A DNA stretch of 58,391 nucleotides, filler included, from Nemertoderma westbladi (Eukaryota; Animalia; Xenacoelomorpha), in assembly GCA_032718475.1 (NCBI GenBank). It is 2 parts of 2 records of this genome, joined end to end, with 100 filler letters (N's around TTAATTAATTAA, not from the genome) between each part and the next. Parts side by side here need not be neighbours in the genome. Positions count along the whole stretch, not along the records: positions 1 to 27,231 come from JAUCBJ010005504.1; 1 more part is not named here. One strand, written 5' to 3'. Shown one piece after another: positions 12,301 to 25,776 of this stretch (the stretch's first letter is position 1; every line of letters starts with the position of its first letter). Position numbers and translations under genes: made by a program. A model generated the notes under the pieces. The model worked only from the letters and a program-made list of their open reading frames with translations, was not told the DNA's origin and ran no database searches.

Positions 12301-12961
12301 CATAGAGGTTGGTACCCTATAGAGGTTGGTCCCCCACAGAGTTTGGTGCACCAGCGAGGTTGGTGCTGCAGAGAGGGTGGTGCCCAGAGAGGGTGGTGCC
12401 CCAGAGAGGGTGGTGCCCCAGAGAGGGTGGTGCCCCAGAGAGGGTGGTGCCCCAGAGAGGTTGGTGCCCAGAGAGGGTGGTGCCCCAGAGAGGTTGGTGC
12501 CCCAGAGAGGTTGGTGCCCCATAGAGGTTGGTCCCCCACAGAGTTTGGTGCACCAGCGAGGTTGGTGCTGCAGAGAGGGTGGTGCCCAGAGAGGGTGGTG
12601 CCCCAGAAAGGGTGGTGCCCCAGAGAGGTTGGTGCCCCAGAGAGGTTGGTGCCCCATAGAGGTTGGTCCCCCACAGAGTTTGGTGCACCAGCGAGGTTGG
12701 TGCTGCAGAGAGGGTGGTGCCCAGAGAGGGTGGTGCCCCAGAGAGGGTGGTGCCCCAGAGAGGTTGGTGCCCAGAGAGGGTGGTGCCCCAGAGAGGTTTG
12801 TGCCCAGAGAGGTTGGTGCCCAGAGAGGTTGGAGCCACAGCGAGGACGGTGCCCCCATTGAGGTTGGTGCCCCAGAGACGTTGGTGCCCCAGAGACGTTG
12901 GTGCCGAGATAGGTTGGTGCCCAGAGTGGGTGGTGCCACAGAGAGGTTGGTGCCCATAGAG
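9397..12961. repeat. 16-18-bp G-rich minisatellite, ~3.6 kb
   Basis: Roughly 200 variable units of agaggttggtgcccc(a)(g/t) with blocks of repeated variants. It produces the GAPTSLGHQPLWGTNL pseudo-ORFs. Confidence 0.95.
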
Positions 12962-13599
12962 CCAGCGGGCAAACGAGAGTTGTCGTTGCAGCTGATGACT
13001 CATAGCGAAGTTTTTTTATATTCCGTCAAACACAACAACTAGATCACAACAAATAAGAACTAAATCTTCTTGAACTTCTAAGATAATTCATCGCTTTCAT
13101 CGCATTCATAGTTACGGGAGCAATCATAATAAAGTTCAATAAGTTTAATAAAGTTCAAGGAGATTTATAATAAAGTAAGTTGAATGTGGTCTTTATCACG
13201 TAATCGGTATATTATATAATAATAATAATGCCTTTTACTTAATGTTACATTATTTTATACGCTTTTGTTTTTTATTGAAATAAATTTCATGAAACATAAT
13301 ATTGTTGTGTTTCAGAGTTATACAAATGTAATAACAATTAAAGTAAAAGTAATTGCAGCTGCACAGTAATAAATTAGTTTACGGATTATTATAATAACAA
13401 TTTATTATTCAAGTCTTATAATCTATGACTTTATAATATTACAGTGTGAGGCGTTTTAAAATACGAGCTGCATGAAGGAGTGTCCTAATAGATCCTGGGA
13501 ACTGTAATCTTATAGATAGCGTCTTACCGTGGAGTAGAAACCGAAATATTTCATGAATGGAAATAGTTTTTTAAATATTAATTATTTTGAAAGCTCAGT

Positions 13600-14200
13600 C
13601 TTGGCTATAAACTGCCAAGAACATCTGGTTCGCAAGTCCTCAACGAAATCGTACAGTCAACTACAAGACTAGCCGATGCCTTTCATAGTCGTGGTTGGAC
13701 TACACGTCATCTGAGTTGCCAAACTGTAGGGCATCTGTGGCGCCTTGTTGCACTACCATCACTCATACATTCTCTAAAGTACACGATCGGAATGATGACA
13801 AAAGAGGAAATAGAAAAACTTGATATCTCGTACAGGAAAGCGCTGCGCAGTGTCACTCACTTAGGCCCATATGTGGACAATTTGATCATCTACAATTTAT
13901 TGGACTGTCGGCCATTATCCTGTGAACTGTTTAGGCACAATCTCGGGCAATCTTACGGATGAGAGACTGCCCAAACGGGCTGATACAATCTTCCCTCACT
14001 TACCTCGGACTAACCAGTAACGCGTCGAACAAATACGCTGGGATTTTTTCTACGGATGTTAAATCGACACTCCATTATCCTCTGCCGAAACTCTCATCAC
14101 TTTTAACCTACAGATACAGCAAAGTATCACTTTTGGGAAGAATAGATCTGAACTCTCTCACCAACCAACAGTGCATCGCCCGGAATTTTATAGTAGAATG
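13600..14200 (+). mobile_element. Degenerate LINE ORF2 C-terminal fragment (third family)
   Basis: Manual translation from ~13641: ...HLWRLVALPSLIHSLKYTIGMMTKEEIEKLDISYRKALRSVTHLGPYVDNLIIYNLLDCRPLS, resembling the post-RT thumb region of non-LTR elements. Confidence 0.55.
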
Positions 14201-14263
14201 TTACAATTCTTCATTGCCAATAACCTTGAAACATGATCGTATTCTAAATTTTTTTAATGTACA

Positions 14264-15350
14264 TACTACTACTACTACTACTAGGATCGGCATGCTGCAT
14301 TGCAGCTGCATTTTTAAGAATGCTGTGCCGGCTTGTCAACAAAATTGCACCGCCACAACTCCCTATCACCCATGACATTTGCTAGATCATCCGCATCTTT
14401 AAGGCCAGTGTCCTTTAAGATGCGTCTCAAGAAAGTCATGGGCTATCCACCATGCTTATTCACTCCATGAGGCTGCCAAAGTACAAGATTATGCACTGGC
14501 TGGTCCTCACGGCGAAAGCAATGTCCTGCAAAGCGGAGGCGATTTTGTTCTAGTGTCAAGCTTGGGGGAACCAATGAGACACCTCCAATGTTATATAGTG
14601 TCTGGTTGGAGATGTGTGCATTGTACTTGACACAATGAACCCGGCGTAGCATTCTTGTGAATGTGCCATCCAGAGATTTGGTCTCCTCAGCAGTTAGAGC
14701 CCAGCATGGACTCCCGTAGAGGAGTACTGGAACTACTGCTGCTCTAAATAATCGGACCTTAAGTTTCCGATTATTTCTCGGTGACTTCCAAATCCTGGAA
14801 AGCCTATTCAAGGCTGCCCATGCCTTTCCCTTACGTATTCGAAGGTCCTCACCTGACTTCCGGATCCATGATCCCAGGTAACAGAAGTCGTCCACATGCT
14901 CAAGCATACCATCCTTTGAGCTTATGCTCATCCGCTGAGGATCGTGCTGAGGACATTCAAAGTTAACTGTCAGAATTTTGGTCTTTCTGGAGTTAATAAA
15001 AAGACCAACACTAGAAGCAGCATGCTCTAATGAGTTGAGGAGCCGTTGGGCTCCCTCTAATGATTCTGAGAGTATCCCATGGTCCCACGACCTTTACGGA
15101 ACCCATTCTGATTTCCACGGAGCAGTCTCTCAATGGGATCCCTGATGCGATTTAATAGAATCCTATTGTATAGCTTTGCAGCAATCGAGATCAATGAGAT
15201 TCCCCGAAAAGAACCATAGAGTGTTAGGTTGCCCTTCTTCGGAACTGGCACCAACTTATTTGTTTTCATTTCTTGTGGGACTCTTGTTGTTCGGTACATG
15301 TCTACTATGATGGGATAGATGAGCTTTAAACACTCAGGTATTTTAAAGCT
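14264..15350 (-). mobile_element. RTE-like LINE family A copy with the RT core deleted
   Basis: VPKKGNL...FRGISL...KLYNRILLNRI...NQNGFRKGR joins directly to ILSESLEGA; then DDFCYLGSWI and RLRFAGHC; (TAG)n tail at 14264-14284. Homologous to 5735-7010 and 50640-51156. Confidence 0.9.
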
Positions 15351-17237
15351 CTCTCTGACAAAAAACAAAAAAAATATCACAATAAAACAAAAAAATATCT
15401 GTAAAACAGAAATCACTGTGTTTTTAAACTATCTTAGAAAGGTTATAGAGTTCCGTAAAGTCGTTGTAAGACCGCGTTGTATTCGAGCCATATTGAGTCA
15501 GTCATCACCACCGAGAAACGAAAACAATAAACAAGTTGAGTAAACACTTGGAAAAACTTTGTTAAAATACTTTTTAAAAGCCGTTTAGGAGCTCGCCGTG
15601 ACGAGAAATCCTTTTCAGTTCGATTGCTTTTCAGTCGAAATTACAGATTTATTATTCTCTTTCACCCCAAAATTTGGTGGATGTAGCTTTTCTAGAAAAT
15701 TTATTAACATTATATGCAATGCTATTTCTTGAGAGGAACTTTTTCAAACTATGTTCTTGAATTTAAAATATGCCTTTCATTTCTCGGTGGGATAAATATT
15801 TCTCCATTTGACGCAACACCGCCGCGGCCGCTATGAGGGAGGTGAATACCGCGGCCGCTCCTAAAGCCGCAGGCCATCGCTAACTATATAGGTTAACTTG
15901 GGATTCTGGGGGACTTTTCGATGAAGGAACTGACCAAATTTTTTTATTTTCTCACCAGGGGAGCGGCTCGGAATTCTAAGATATTAGCAACTCTAACATT
16001 ATTAAATCTAACCCTTCGACGGACACGGCGGACAAAAAACCGTCATTTTTTCGACAATTTTAAAATTTTTTTGAAAGGCGCTCTACAGTGGCTCGAAAAA
16101 ACCCTAGGTTATTGCTTAGCCGACGCCGGGATACGATAGAAGGGATTAATTAGTGAATTCGTTTTTTTTTTCAAAAAAGATTACCACGCCTTTTTTCCGA
16201 AAATGTCCGTCAAAGTTGAAAAAACGGACAAAATGACTTTGCGGGATCCGCTATAACTCGGCTAATATTAATCGTACGGGGACGAAAGTAACGCGGTTGG
16301 AAAGGGGAAGAGTGGTACTACCTTCGTATCGAATGGGGGTAAGATATTTATTAAAATTTCGGGTGGAAAAAGGGGCTGTAAATTTGTACGTTTTTGTCCG
16401 TCTTTTTTGGAAAACTTATTTCCGAAATGTTTAATTCGACAACGCGGGTAGGAATCCACTAATTCTTTTATGAAACTCGTAGAAGACCATTGGGGCTACG
16501 TTCCTATCGAATGGGGGTACAAAAAATATGTCGGCAATAGGGGCCAAAAAGGGCCAGAATTTGTAAAGTAGTTTTTATCGAATAATTTTTTATTTTTAAC
16601 TTTAGTTGGTTAAGGTACATTCTATACAGTCAATATCCATACGGGGAATTAAAATATGCTATCGGTTTTGCTCCAAGGATGATATTAAAAAAATGAGGGC
16701 CAAAATTATAATTTCGCGCTTCAAACTTGCTTCGCGGGAAATCGTCTAGCTCGAAAAGTACTTAACTTACGGGAGATTTGTTTACACAGACTTATAGTGC
16801 GTTAAATTATCTATCTAACAGCGTTAATCACAGCGCCGGAGGTATTATAAAACTGGAGCGACAGGCGATCGTGTGAAATATAATATTTATAAAAAGGGAC
16901 GAAAATTTTTTTTTTTTAACAAATCGCTATTCCGTTATAATTTAGCGTATTGCGCCAAAAGTACATTTAAAATTTAACAAATTACCTCCGCTATCTTTTA
17001 TCTTAACATATATAATTAAAATTACGAATTTTAAGGGTCGAAAAATATCGCGTTATTTTGGCCCTTTTTTTTAATTTTTTTGGGGCCAAAAATAACCCCC
17101 TCTCAAAAGATTAAGAAAAAAATTACGGCAAAGAATATACCAATTTTATTGAATTTGGACCACCAGAACCGAAGTTAGAGCGATTTTAGTGAAAAAATAA
17201 AAATATTTTTTTTTGCAAAAAAATTAAGAATGGTCAG

Positions 17238-17309
17238 GTCAATATTGGATTTCGAACCCGCGAACTTAGGTTTCATTAACGTGATTGATAACCACTAGAC
17301 TATGTGAAC
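17238..17309 (-). other. Degenerate tRNA-like sequence (Pol III A/B boxes; SINE head or tRNA relic)
   Basis: Minus strand reads TAGTCTAGTGGTTA (A box) ... GGGTTCGAAATCC (B-box-like) at tRNA-like spacing. The stems are poor, so it is not a functional tRNA. Confidence 0.35.
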
Positions 17310-18695
17310 AAGAGAATTTGAAATTTTCGAGTGACTATTTTTAAACATAAATAACTTCGGTTCTATAGGGCCGTTTAATCTGAAACTTTTTTCATTGGAT
17401 AGATGATAGATTGTAGTGTGTGAAATAGGATAAAACTTGGGAAAAGACTTATGTGCACTTAGTGCAAAATGCACTTAAATAGTGAACATTTTTTCGATAT
17501 TTCAAACACTATTATTTCCAATTCTATTCATCGTAGAATGTTATTTTTTGGATTAAAATGTAGTTTGGAATGATTTCTAACTATAATCGTAACATTTGTT
17601 TAACTTTTTATGTCTATAAAGTGACTTAAAATGTCCATGAATATGGTCCAAAATCGCAAATCCAGATTTATTAAATTGGATTTTTGACACTTTTAGCGAC
17701 TGACACTTGATCATACACCATCGTAGATCGGTAGAGGATAAACATAAGTTTGTTAAATAAGAGCCACCATTACGATCTGCTAAAGTGCATTTGTACAAAT
17801 AAGTGTGCAAAAGTGCAAATTTTTTAATAAGGTCAAATTATATAGTATTGGGTTCTTTTCTTTGCAGATACTTTATTTTCATATTAATATGTTGTTTGAA
17901 CCTTACTGAGCGCATTAGGGGATATGCGTACAAATAACCGGCCCTTATGAGGCTTCGATTGGGTAAATTAATAAAACATAAGGTTGTATAGTATAATATT
18001 CTAAAAACCAGTGTGATATTAAATGCACTTTAAATAATAAATAGAAATCAAATAACAATTGGACCACACAATTAAAAACTCGCACAATTTTGTACTTATT
18101 ATATCGCTTCAAATTAATTCAACAGTGTGCATTCGGGGGAAGTTTGGTGAACTGCATTTATGCAGTGAATCCAAACTTCCCCCTTTGATATATCATATAC
18201 TTAAGACATGCTAGGGTGACGGGGAAATATTTGTTACTGTCACACTTTGCTTCCATTTATCCTATCCTTTATTATTACCCCAGTCAGATAAGAGATAATA
18301 AATCAGTAAAAACCAAACTAAACTGTCTTTCATGCAAACAAATTTATAACTAAAGACGGGTGAATGACCATGACCATGGAAATAATTTTAAATATAATTG
18401 TATATCAACTATTTGGGGAGGCTTCCAAGTTAAACCCGAAAACAATTATTTTGTTACATAGTAAATAACGTTGTGTTCTTCCTCTCATAATAAAATATAA
18501 ATGAAATATCTCAGATAGCTATGCCCTGTAACATTTCACAACCAAAATATTTAAGTGTGAAAAGTGTAGGCCTACCACACTCCGCCCAAACAACCGCAAA
18601 CGCATAGCCAACAAATTTAACAAAAGGTTACATACATGTTGGGTTCATGACGAGATGAGTGAAAATTGATCGCGTAATATAAAGTAAAAAATTAA

Positions 18696-20311
18696 GGGGG
18701 GGGTACACCCCCCCTCAGGTCAAAATTTTCATTTTTTGTTTTTTTATTTCATCTAGAGTAGAATTTAATGCGGATTTCAAATCTGGAAACGGCTTAGCGA
18801 GATCTCTTTTACTTCTCGAGTAATGGCTGGTTTTCCGTCTGTATGTCTGTCTGTCTGTCCATCGAAATATTAAAAAGGGCATAAAATAAGCAATCTGAAA
18901 TGTTTACTGTTAGGATTTTTCTTAATGTCGATGTCTGTTTTAATATTTGGAATTATCTAATCACTATGTCTGTATCTCAGTCTGTCTCTCAGTTTGTCTG
19001 TCTGTCTGTTTGTTTGTATGTCTGTCTGTCTGTCAACATGTCCGTCAAATTTTGATTAATATATATTTAATAGATATTTGTGAGTTTTGTATTGCATATT
19101 GAACAGTTGTCTAATGGACTAGTTGTCTACTAGTAATAACAAATGTGAACCATCATATAACAATAGCTTGTAATAATTATTCTGGGAAACAACCATAAAC
19201 TTATTTTTTTTTTAATTCCGCAGGCTCTGAGAATAATTCACGTGCTGCGCGAAGTCTTCATGTGCAGCATGAACTTTTCATGTGCCGCGTGAAGGCTTCT
19301 CATTCTGATCAAAAAGCTTTCCGAGGTGCTCGATTAATTAACGTGCTTTATAAAGAATTTAAGTGCTACGTGAAACCTTCACCTTCTGCGCAAATGTCTC
19401 ACGTGCTGCGCGAAGGTTTCACGTGCTGCGCAAAGCTTAATGTTCTGTGTAAAGGCTTATTATAAAATTATGTGGAAATTTTTATATAATTTTGAATGTT
19501 TCTTAAGGTTGTCTCATTATTCCATGACTATTTATTACTAAATGACGAAATAGTATGAGATCAAATCACTACGCCAAAATGAAATTTGTTCACGTGCTGC
19601 GCGAAGTGTTTTTTGGCAAGCACTTTAAAATTATATTAACAGGTTGTTAAAAGTGGGTAGGGGTTTTTTTGAACCAAATTTCATGAAATCCATTGAGAAA
19701 TCACAAAATATGGATAGGGGATAACCAATGGCAAAAGAAAAGGAGATACCAGTACTGAAAATAGCGGGAACATTTGAAATATATTGTTCTTAAACTTTAA
19801 ATGCGTTTATCTCGGAATTGTATTTTTCACATTGAAAATACTACTACTCAGCCATTTCTTAACCAATTTTCGAAATTTTTTTTTTGTTTGTTTTGTTTTC
19901 GGGTTTTGATCAAAAGTTATCGGTTAGAATTTTGAATTGTGCCATATTAATTTCTTGAAATTAGTTAATATCTATTAAGTAATAATTAATATTAGTTAAT
20001 AATATTTAAAAAATATTTAAGACCTAAATAAAAAATGTAACCGATAAGTTTTGTGGAGCCGAGGATGCTGATTCAGAAAAACCAAGTTTCGAAAATTTTC
20101 GCCCAAAATTGTGAGACTAGTAGTGTTTTTAGTGAAATTAACAATTTCGCTGGTGGCCGCTAGAGGGCTACGCAAATTTGAAAATTTTTTTTTTGAACCC
20201 AATCTTTGGCCATATTTTAATCCCCCGAAAGGTATAAAATATACAAAATTACACACAAACAGAAATTATAGCCATTTGCAAAAAAGGTCCGTAGGGGGGT
20301 GTACCCCCCCC
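18696..20311. mobile_element. Non-autonomous Kolobok-like DNA transposon (1.6 kb)
   Basis: TTAA|GGGGGGGGTACACCCCCC ... GGGGGGTGTACCCCCCCC|TTAA. A TTAA TSD with RR..YY termini fits Kolobok rather than piggyBac (CCY..RGG). No transposase ORF. Confidence 0.85.
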
Positions 20312-22682
20312 TTAAGAGACGGGCTGGCTCTCCTCCACTTTCTTACCCAATGGATATGTTGTTGTAATAATCTAATATTGGGGCGGCTTTCTCTCGGTAA
20401 GATATAGTTCATGTATCTGTTTAGAGCGAATTGTGATGATTTGCTTGAATGTTCAGCTGTTTTGATACAGTAATATAGGATAGTACCGTTATACTTGAGA
20501 ATGTTAACCTGAACATTTTCCGCTGAAACAATAAGGTTAGTAGTTGTAAATATTCTGGGAAATAATGGAACATTTTGTCGAGTAATGTCCTGTCAACCAC
20601 TGGGCTGTGCTGTGCAACTAAGTAGTTGGACCTATGTAGTTTTGTACCTTTGCAAATTTTATTTGCTGTAATAAGATTGAGATTACCAAAGTATTATGAA
20701 CTGCGATGTGAAAAGAGACGCCAAGGTTTTGAAAAATATTTAATATTTGTAGTTTAATGTTTTGTTTTTGCGTATTTCCGAAATAGTTTTCCTTAATTTT
20801 GTTGTAAACAACAAAAACTAGTAAATCTGACTGACGATAGCTGGAACATCAGTCAAAAAACACTGAGAAGCGGAAATGTCATGGGAATTCACTGGACGTG
20901 TAATTAGAAGATGTACAAATAATTCTCAATAGAGTAAATGAGAGAGGGTTGTGCTGTTGTGCATTGTATTAACTATTCCAGGAAAGAAAATATACCCGGG
21001 AACAAAATCTCAAATAATAATGAGAATTTTATTTAGTAGATGTAATAGATACAGGATGTAAGCTAACAGATGAGCTACATGCGCTGGATAATGGCCGAAA
21101 AATAGCCATTACATTTTGTCATTGTATTTCTATGAGTACTGTGGAGTACAGTATTACGAAATAATAATCACTTACACTTTCATTATTATGTTTTCATATA
21201 AAAAAACATTTGAATATCATTACAATACAATAATAAAGTAGTGGTGGAAACGGTATCTACACTCTTAAAAATTATATTGCGCAGTTGGCAATTTCATGAT
21301 TGTCAAATTTTTGACAAAATGCATTTTGGCATTATAATTATATATATTGTTATTTTGTTACAAGATATAGCTAATTATATTTTATTTGAATAGTTTTGTC
21401 AAAATGACAAACTATATATTGTATATTTCACAATATAAATAAATATACAATATAAAACAACAACATTATTTTGTCATTTGTATTCCTAATATAAATATTG
21501 TTAAATCAGCAATATAATTAGATGGTTTTGCGCGCAATGCATGATGGGAAATTTTTTTACCCACAATGCATTGGGGTATTTTTTTAAGGTACTTAGCTTA
21601 CTGTGTACTTACTGACTGATGTAATGCACTAGGATTACAATTCACAATAGGCCTACAGCAATTTGCTACCGGAATGAAATAGGCCTGTTACTATACCGGT
21701 AGTTGTTATTATTTTGTATTTAATTTTTTTGGCAGGTTGCAGGTCCAGCCAGCAGGTAGAGAAATAGAGGCAAGAGGCACCGGTAGGCCTACCTGTCAGC
21801 CAGCACCGGTAGGCCTAATGCCTATCATCTCACAGTGTTATACGGTAGGCCCTAATTATTTTTATTGTATTTCAGAATTTTGTGATGGTGTGGTGATTGT
21901 TGTACAGTTGTAGGTCAGTACAGCAGTAGCCTACCGGTACCCTACCTGCCTACAGGCTACAGCGCTACAGCAGTCTGGCTCTGTCATTCTCCACACTCCA
22001 TGTCTCAGTCTGGTAATACGGCATACGGTAGGCAGCAAGCCAGGCAGTAGCCAGTAGGGGGAATCTGGAATCACACTCACTGGTAGTAGAGGCGCCACTT
22101 TTTCTCACGCCTTTTACCTTTTTACATATTGTAATTAATTGTCTGTACACGCAACTTGATCTGGCTGACTGCAACCACTAGCGCATGCTATTAGCAATCA
22201 CTCAATCAGCCAGCCTCAATCAAACATACTGATACTATCTGTGTTTATGCTATTATAATTAATTGTCTAAATCTAAATTAATTGAAGGAAATAAACATGT
22301 ATCAAGTATAGGCCTACTTATAGTCAGTCAGGGTAAGAAAAAACATTTCGGATAGGCCTACCGTACCGGTACCGGTACGTTTTAACTTAGGCACCCACAA
22401 GCTGAAAGCTGACAAGACATTATAGACATCCTGCACTGACAAACTGACAATACATTGTACCGGTAATCATTATTTCTAGGCCTAACAGTATTGTAAATAA
22501 CAATAGGCCTAAATAAATAATTATAATTTGATAAATAATTTAAGTCCCTGTATCTTTACTTTATAAATTGTAGGCTTACTATAGGCAGATAGGCGCTATA
22601 CATAGCAAAATAATATGTAATTATGTAATGTATAGAGTTCTAATATAAGATGTTATACTTTTGCTTTTATTAATAATCGCTT

Positions 22683-23153
22683 CTACTTCGTGTCGGATAA
22701 ATATACTATGAATGGAGCCAGAGATATTTCCATTGAAGCATATCGGTTAGACATTTCAAGAACCTGTCTGTCTAGTGAGGCATGATCCTCCGATGTCATA
22801 ATAAAGGAATTAAGACATTCTTCTAGAGTTGGCCGCCATATCTTACGCTTAGAAGAGCCTGGGAGTTTCACCCACGTCCTGTTACACAACTTGAATGGAA
22901 GGCCCGCTAAGGCATGTCCTACGATAGAATCCTCGGTTTTATATTGTTTCGCCATTCTGCGATGTTCTCCAGTCATTGAGTGTAATATATCAAAACACAC
23001 ATCTTCAAAGGAAGACTCAAAAAGGACATTCGGGGATACAGTAGAAAAGTTATTGGTTTCAATAAGCTTCTTGAAGTCTATTAGGATACATATCGGATCT
23101 ATCAGGAAAATACTCTGATTATGACAGTGATATACAATGTAACGATCCATCAT
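22683..23153 (-). pseudogene. Probable fragment of the EnSpm accessory ORF, inverted relative to the transposase
   Basis: 156-aa protein-like ORF inside the TIRs ending ...WRPTLEECLNSFIM...LAPFIVYL. The family call is from recollection of animal EnSpm second ORFs and is unverified. Confidence 0.4.
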
Positions 23154-23203
23154 CGACAGGTATAAAAGAATTTTCTATTTTCAACCAACTGCCTTCATAT
23201 CAT

Positions 23204-24273
23204 GTGTCTAAAAATTCCACATTTGACATTATGCATGACCTATTTGAAGGTGTATGCATTTATGTCATTTCCGCAGCCCTATACAAATTTATATTTGTTG
23301 ATAAAATGTTCTCAGTGAACAGTTTTGCGTTCGAACATTCTTCCTCTGTGCCATTTTTTCAAGAAGAAAAACTTCGAAGTAAACACATTAATTTATCTGC
23401 GGTTCAAATGCTTAATTTTACACTTGGTTTGCCGTTACTAGTTGGTGATTTTGTAGCTGTTAATGATCCTGTATGGAAGGTGTTGTTGAAACTTAGAGAA
23501 ATTGTTATTTTTAGTATGGCACCGAATTTTAACCAAAGTGAAATATCATTATTTTCTGTATTAATTTGTGAATTTCTTGAAATATATGTACGTACATTCA
23601 ACCCTGATCGTTTACAATTTAAATTTCATAATTTGATTCACTACCCTACAGCAATTATTCAGGCAGGCCCTCTTCTAGGAATGTGGTCCATGAGATGTGA
23701 GGCAAAGCACGCCCCGCTTAAGAAAACAGCTTCAGTTGTGTGTAATTTTAAGAATATAGTTAAAACCTTATCAACGCGACATCAAATGTCCCAGGCATAT
23801 AAATTCTTTAGTTGTACAGGTGTGTAGATATAAGTGGTATAAGTGGTGTAGATATGCAAATTAAACAACCAACAGCAACTCAATTGCAAAGACTAACAGA
23901 AGTTTCAGAATTAAACTCCCTGTTGCTGGATTATGGCATTATAAGGGAGATAACGTCATGTTCAGCAATAGAGTTGTATTCGGTTGACTATTGCTTAGGA
24001 GATGTTGTATGTTTTGGTTTTGATATTTCTTCTCTACCTATATTTTGTTCTATTAATAATATATTAATTACCGATTCTAATCAGTATAAGATAATTGTTA
24101 GGCCATTGTTAGTTTTAGGTTATAGTGAGCATTTTCAGTCCTATGAAGTTGAAAAGTGTCCTACTAACCCATTGTCAGTTATTGATGAAATTGAACTACT
24201 CTTATCACCGTGGCCTCTCAAACTTCGTTCTAAGAAAAATAGCTTATATATTTCTCTGCGTCACAGGCTGTAA
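23204..24273 (+). pseudogene. CACTA/EnSpm transposase C-terminal half (frameshifted at ~23820)
   Basis: Motifs DIMHDLFEGV, KFHNLIHYP and GPLLGMWSMRCEAKH. The N-terminal part is missing. A local duplication (gtgtagatat) lies at the frame change. Confidence 0.85.
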
Positions 24274-25473
24274 TGTGTCCCTTATGTTTTAAATATTCTT
24301 AAATTATAGATTTGTTATTTTTGGTTTTATATAAAATATTATTTTTCGTTGTACATTATTCGTTGTAACTTTGGAGCCGTTCATAAATTATGTCGCAGTT
24401 TCTTCTACTTTTAACCCACCTGCCACTCTCCCTTATATTTCATTTTTTAAATATAATAATTATATATTAAGTACCTCGAAATTATAAACCCCCTCGCCCT
24501 CAGCCATCACCTTTGCGGCACCCTCGATGCCACAGTTTTGTCACGAAGTTGCTGACCCTCATCGCACCGCAACATTATTTTTAGATGGTTCCTAATACGT
24601 TTTGTACTTTAGTAAGTAATGTGTTTTATATATGTATATTTTAAATAGTCATTAATTAGTTTTGCTACTTTTCATTTATTATTAGAAGTATATATACTTC
24701 TAATATTTAGCCCAAAATATTTTCGTTGCCCCTATGGGCCCTGCTTAATTGATTGTAACTTGAGAAAAATACGCCAAACTTATTGTAACTATTAGTTTTA
24801 TTTCGTTGTGAGATTTTAATTTTAAATATAATATTCAACTTGTTATTTCGCATAGATAAACTTTTTATTAACTGGGTTCTGGGTTAACTTATTTCAACAA
24901 TGGATTTTTAATTGAGGTCGCCTGGGCGTGGTGAAGCTATATTTGAGATTTGGCAATATATGTAAACTGGTTATATTAATGATTTAGCAAATATTTTGCC
25001 AAAATTATTGGCATTGTATATTGCCAAGTCACAATTGTGTATTGGCAATATAGCAAATATACAAAAACAAATTAACAATATAAGTGGATAATTTGACAAA
25101 ATTATATTAGTAAAATATTTGACAATATAATATTGTTAGTTTAGCAACACCTCTTGACAGACGCATTTGCCAATATTATATTGTCACAATGGCTTTTTTT
25201 TTTGTCAGTTTGACAATTCTTTTTTAAGAGTGCAGTTTCAATTTCACAATTTCAGCTTCGTCAGACATAATAGAAAAAATTGTTTGCAATGTATTTAAAG
25301 TTGCACTACGCAGCATAAAACAAAGGCATACATACAGTAGGCGTACACCCCTTAAACATAAAATTATACGATTCAAAATTCCCACTATAAAGCAATGGCC
25401 CTATTGTGTTATTCCATTGGATAGTCCCATGATTACTGTGGAAATATCCATACAAAGTTGTCGCTTAGGTTAT

Positions 25474-25776
25474 GGGGCAAGCCACGCAGTCAGGGCGAGC
25501 CTTCGCGCACAATTATAATTAGTAAATATGGCAAAATTTCATGTCCGTCTGTCTGTCTGTCCGTCTATAATGAAAAATTAATTCGTAAATAACTTTTGAA
25601 GAACTCTTGAATAACTTTAATTTTTATTTTTTATCAAAGTTTGTATGGGCATACTAGAGAAAAAGTTTCAATATTTTTGAAAGTTACGGGCAAATACCTC
25701 TCAAACTTTTGCTTCCAGTTCAAATCGAACTTGTTTCGAACTTGCTCGCATGCTGCGCGACGCCCTACGAACGTGT
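25474..25776 (+). mobile_element. Short Helentron/DINE-like non-autonomous element
   Basis: Starts T|GGGGCAAGCC, has a (GTCY)n tract at ~25543-25566, and ends GCGCGACGCCCTACGAACGTGT|T. Same terminal motifs as 34640-36145; no TSD. Confidence 0.55.

Larger units (their letters stand above)
21260..25232 (+). mobile_element. Defective CACTA/EnSpm (CMC) DNA transposon, ~4.0 kb
   Basis: Termini CACTCTTAAAAA / TTTTTAAGAGTG; dense subterminal TTGTCA/TGACAA/TTGCCA motifs at both ends; internal transposase remnant. Confidence 0.85.

Noticed and set aside
9381-13042. Many long overlapping ORFs (up to 699 aa)
   Set aside because: Translations of a 16-18-bp minisatellite that are open in several frames on both strands; no domain, signal peptide or consistent frame.
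15880-17950. Probable interior of a non-autonomous DNA transposon (repeated tatcgaatgggggta; weak CCCTT...AAGGG pair at ~16012-16145)
   Set aside because: I could not identify convincing termini or a TSD, so it is not called.
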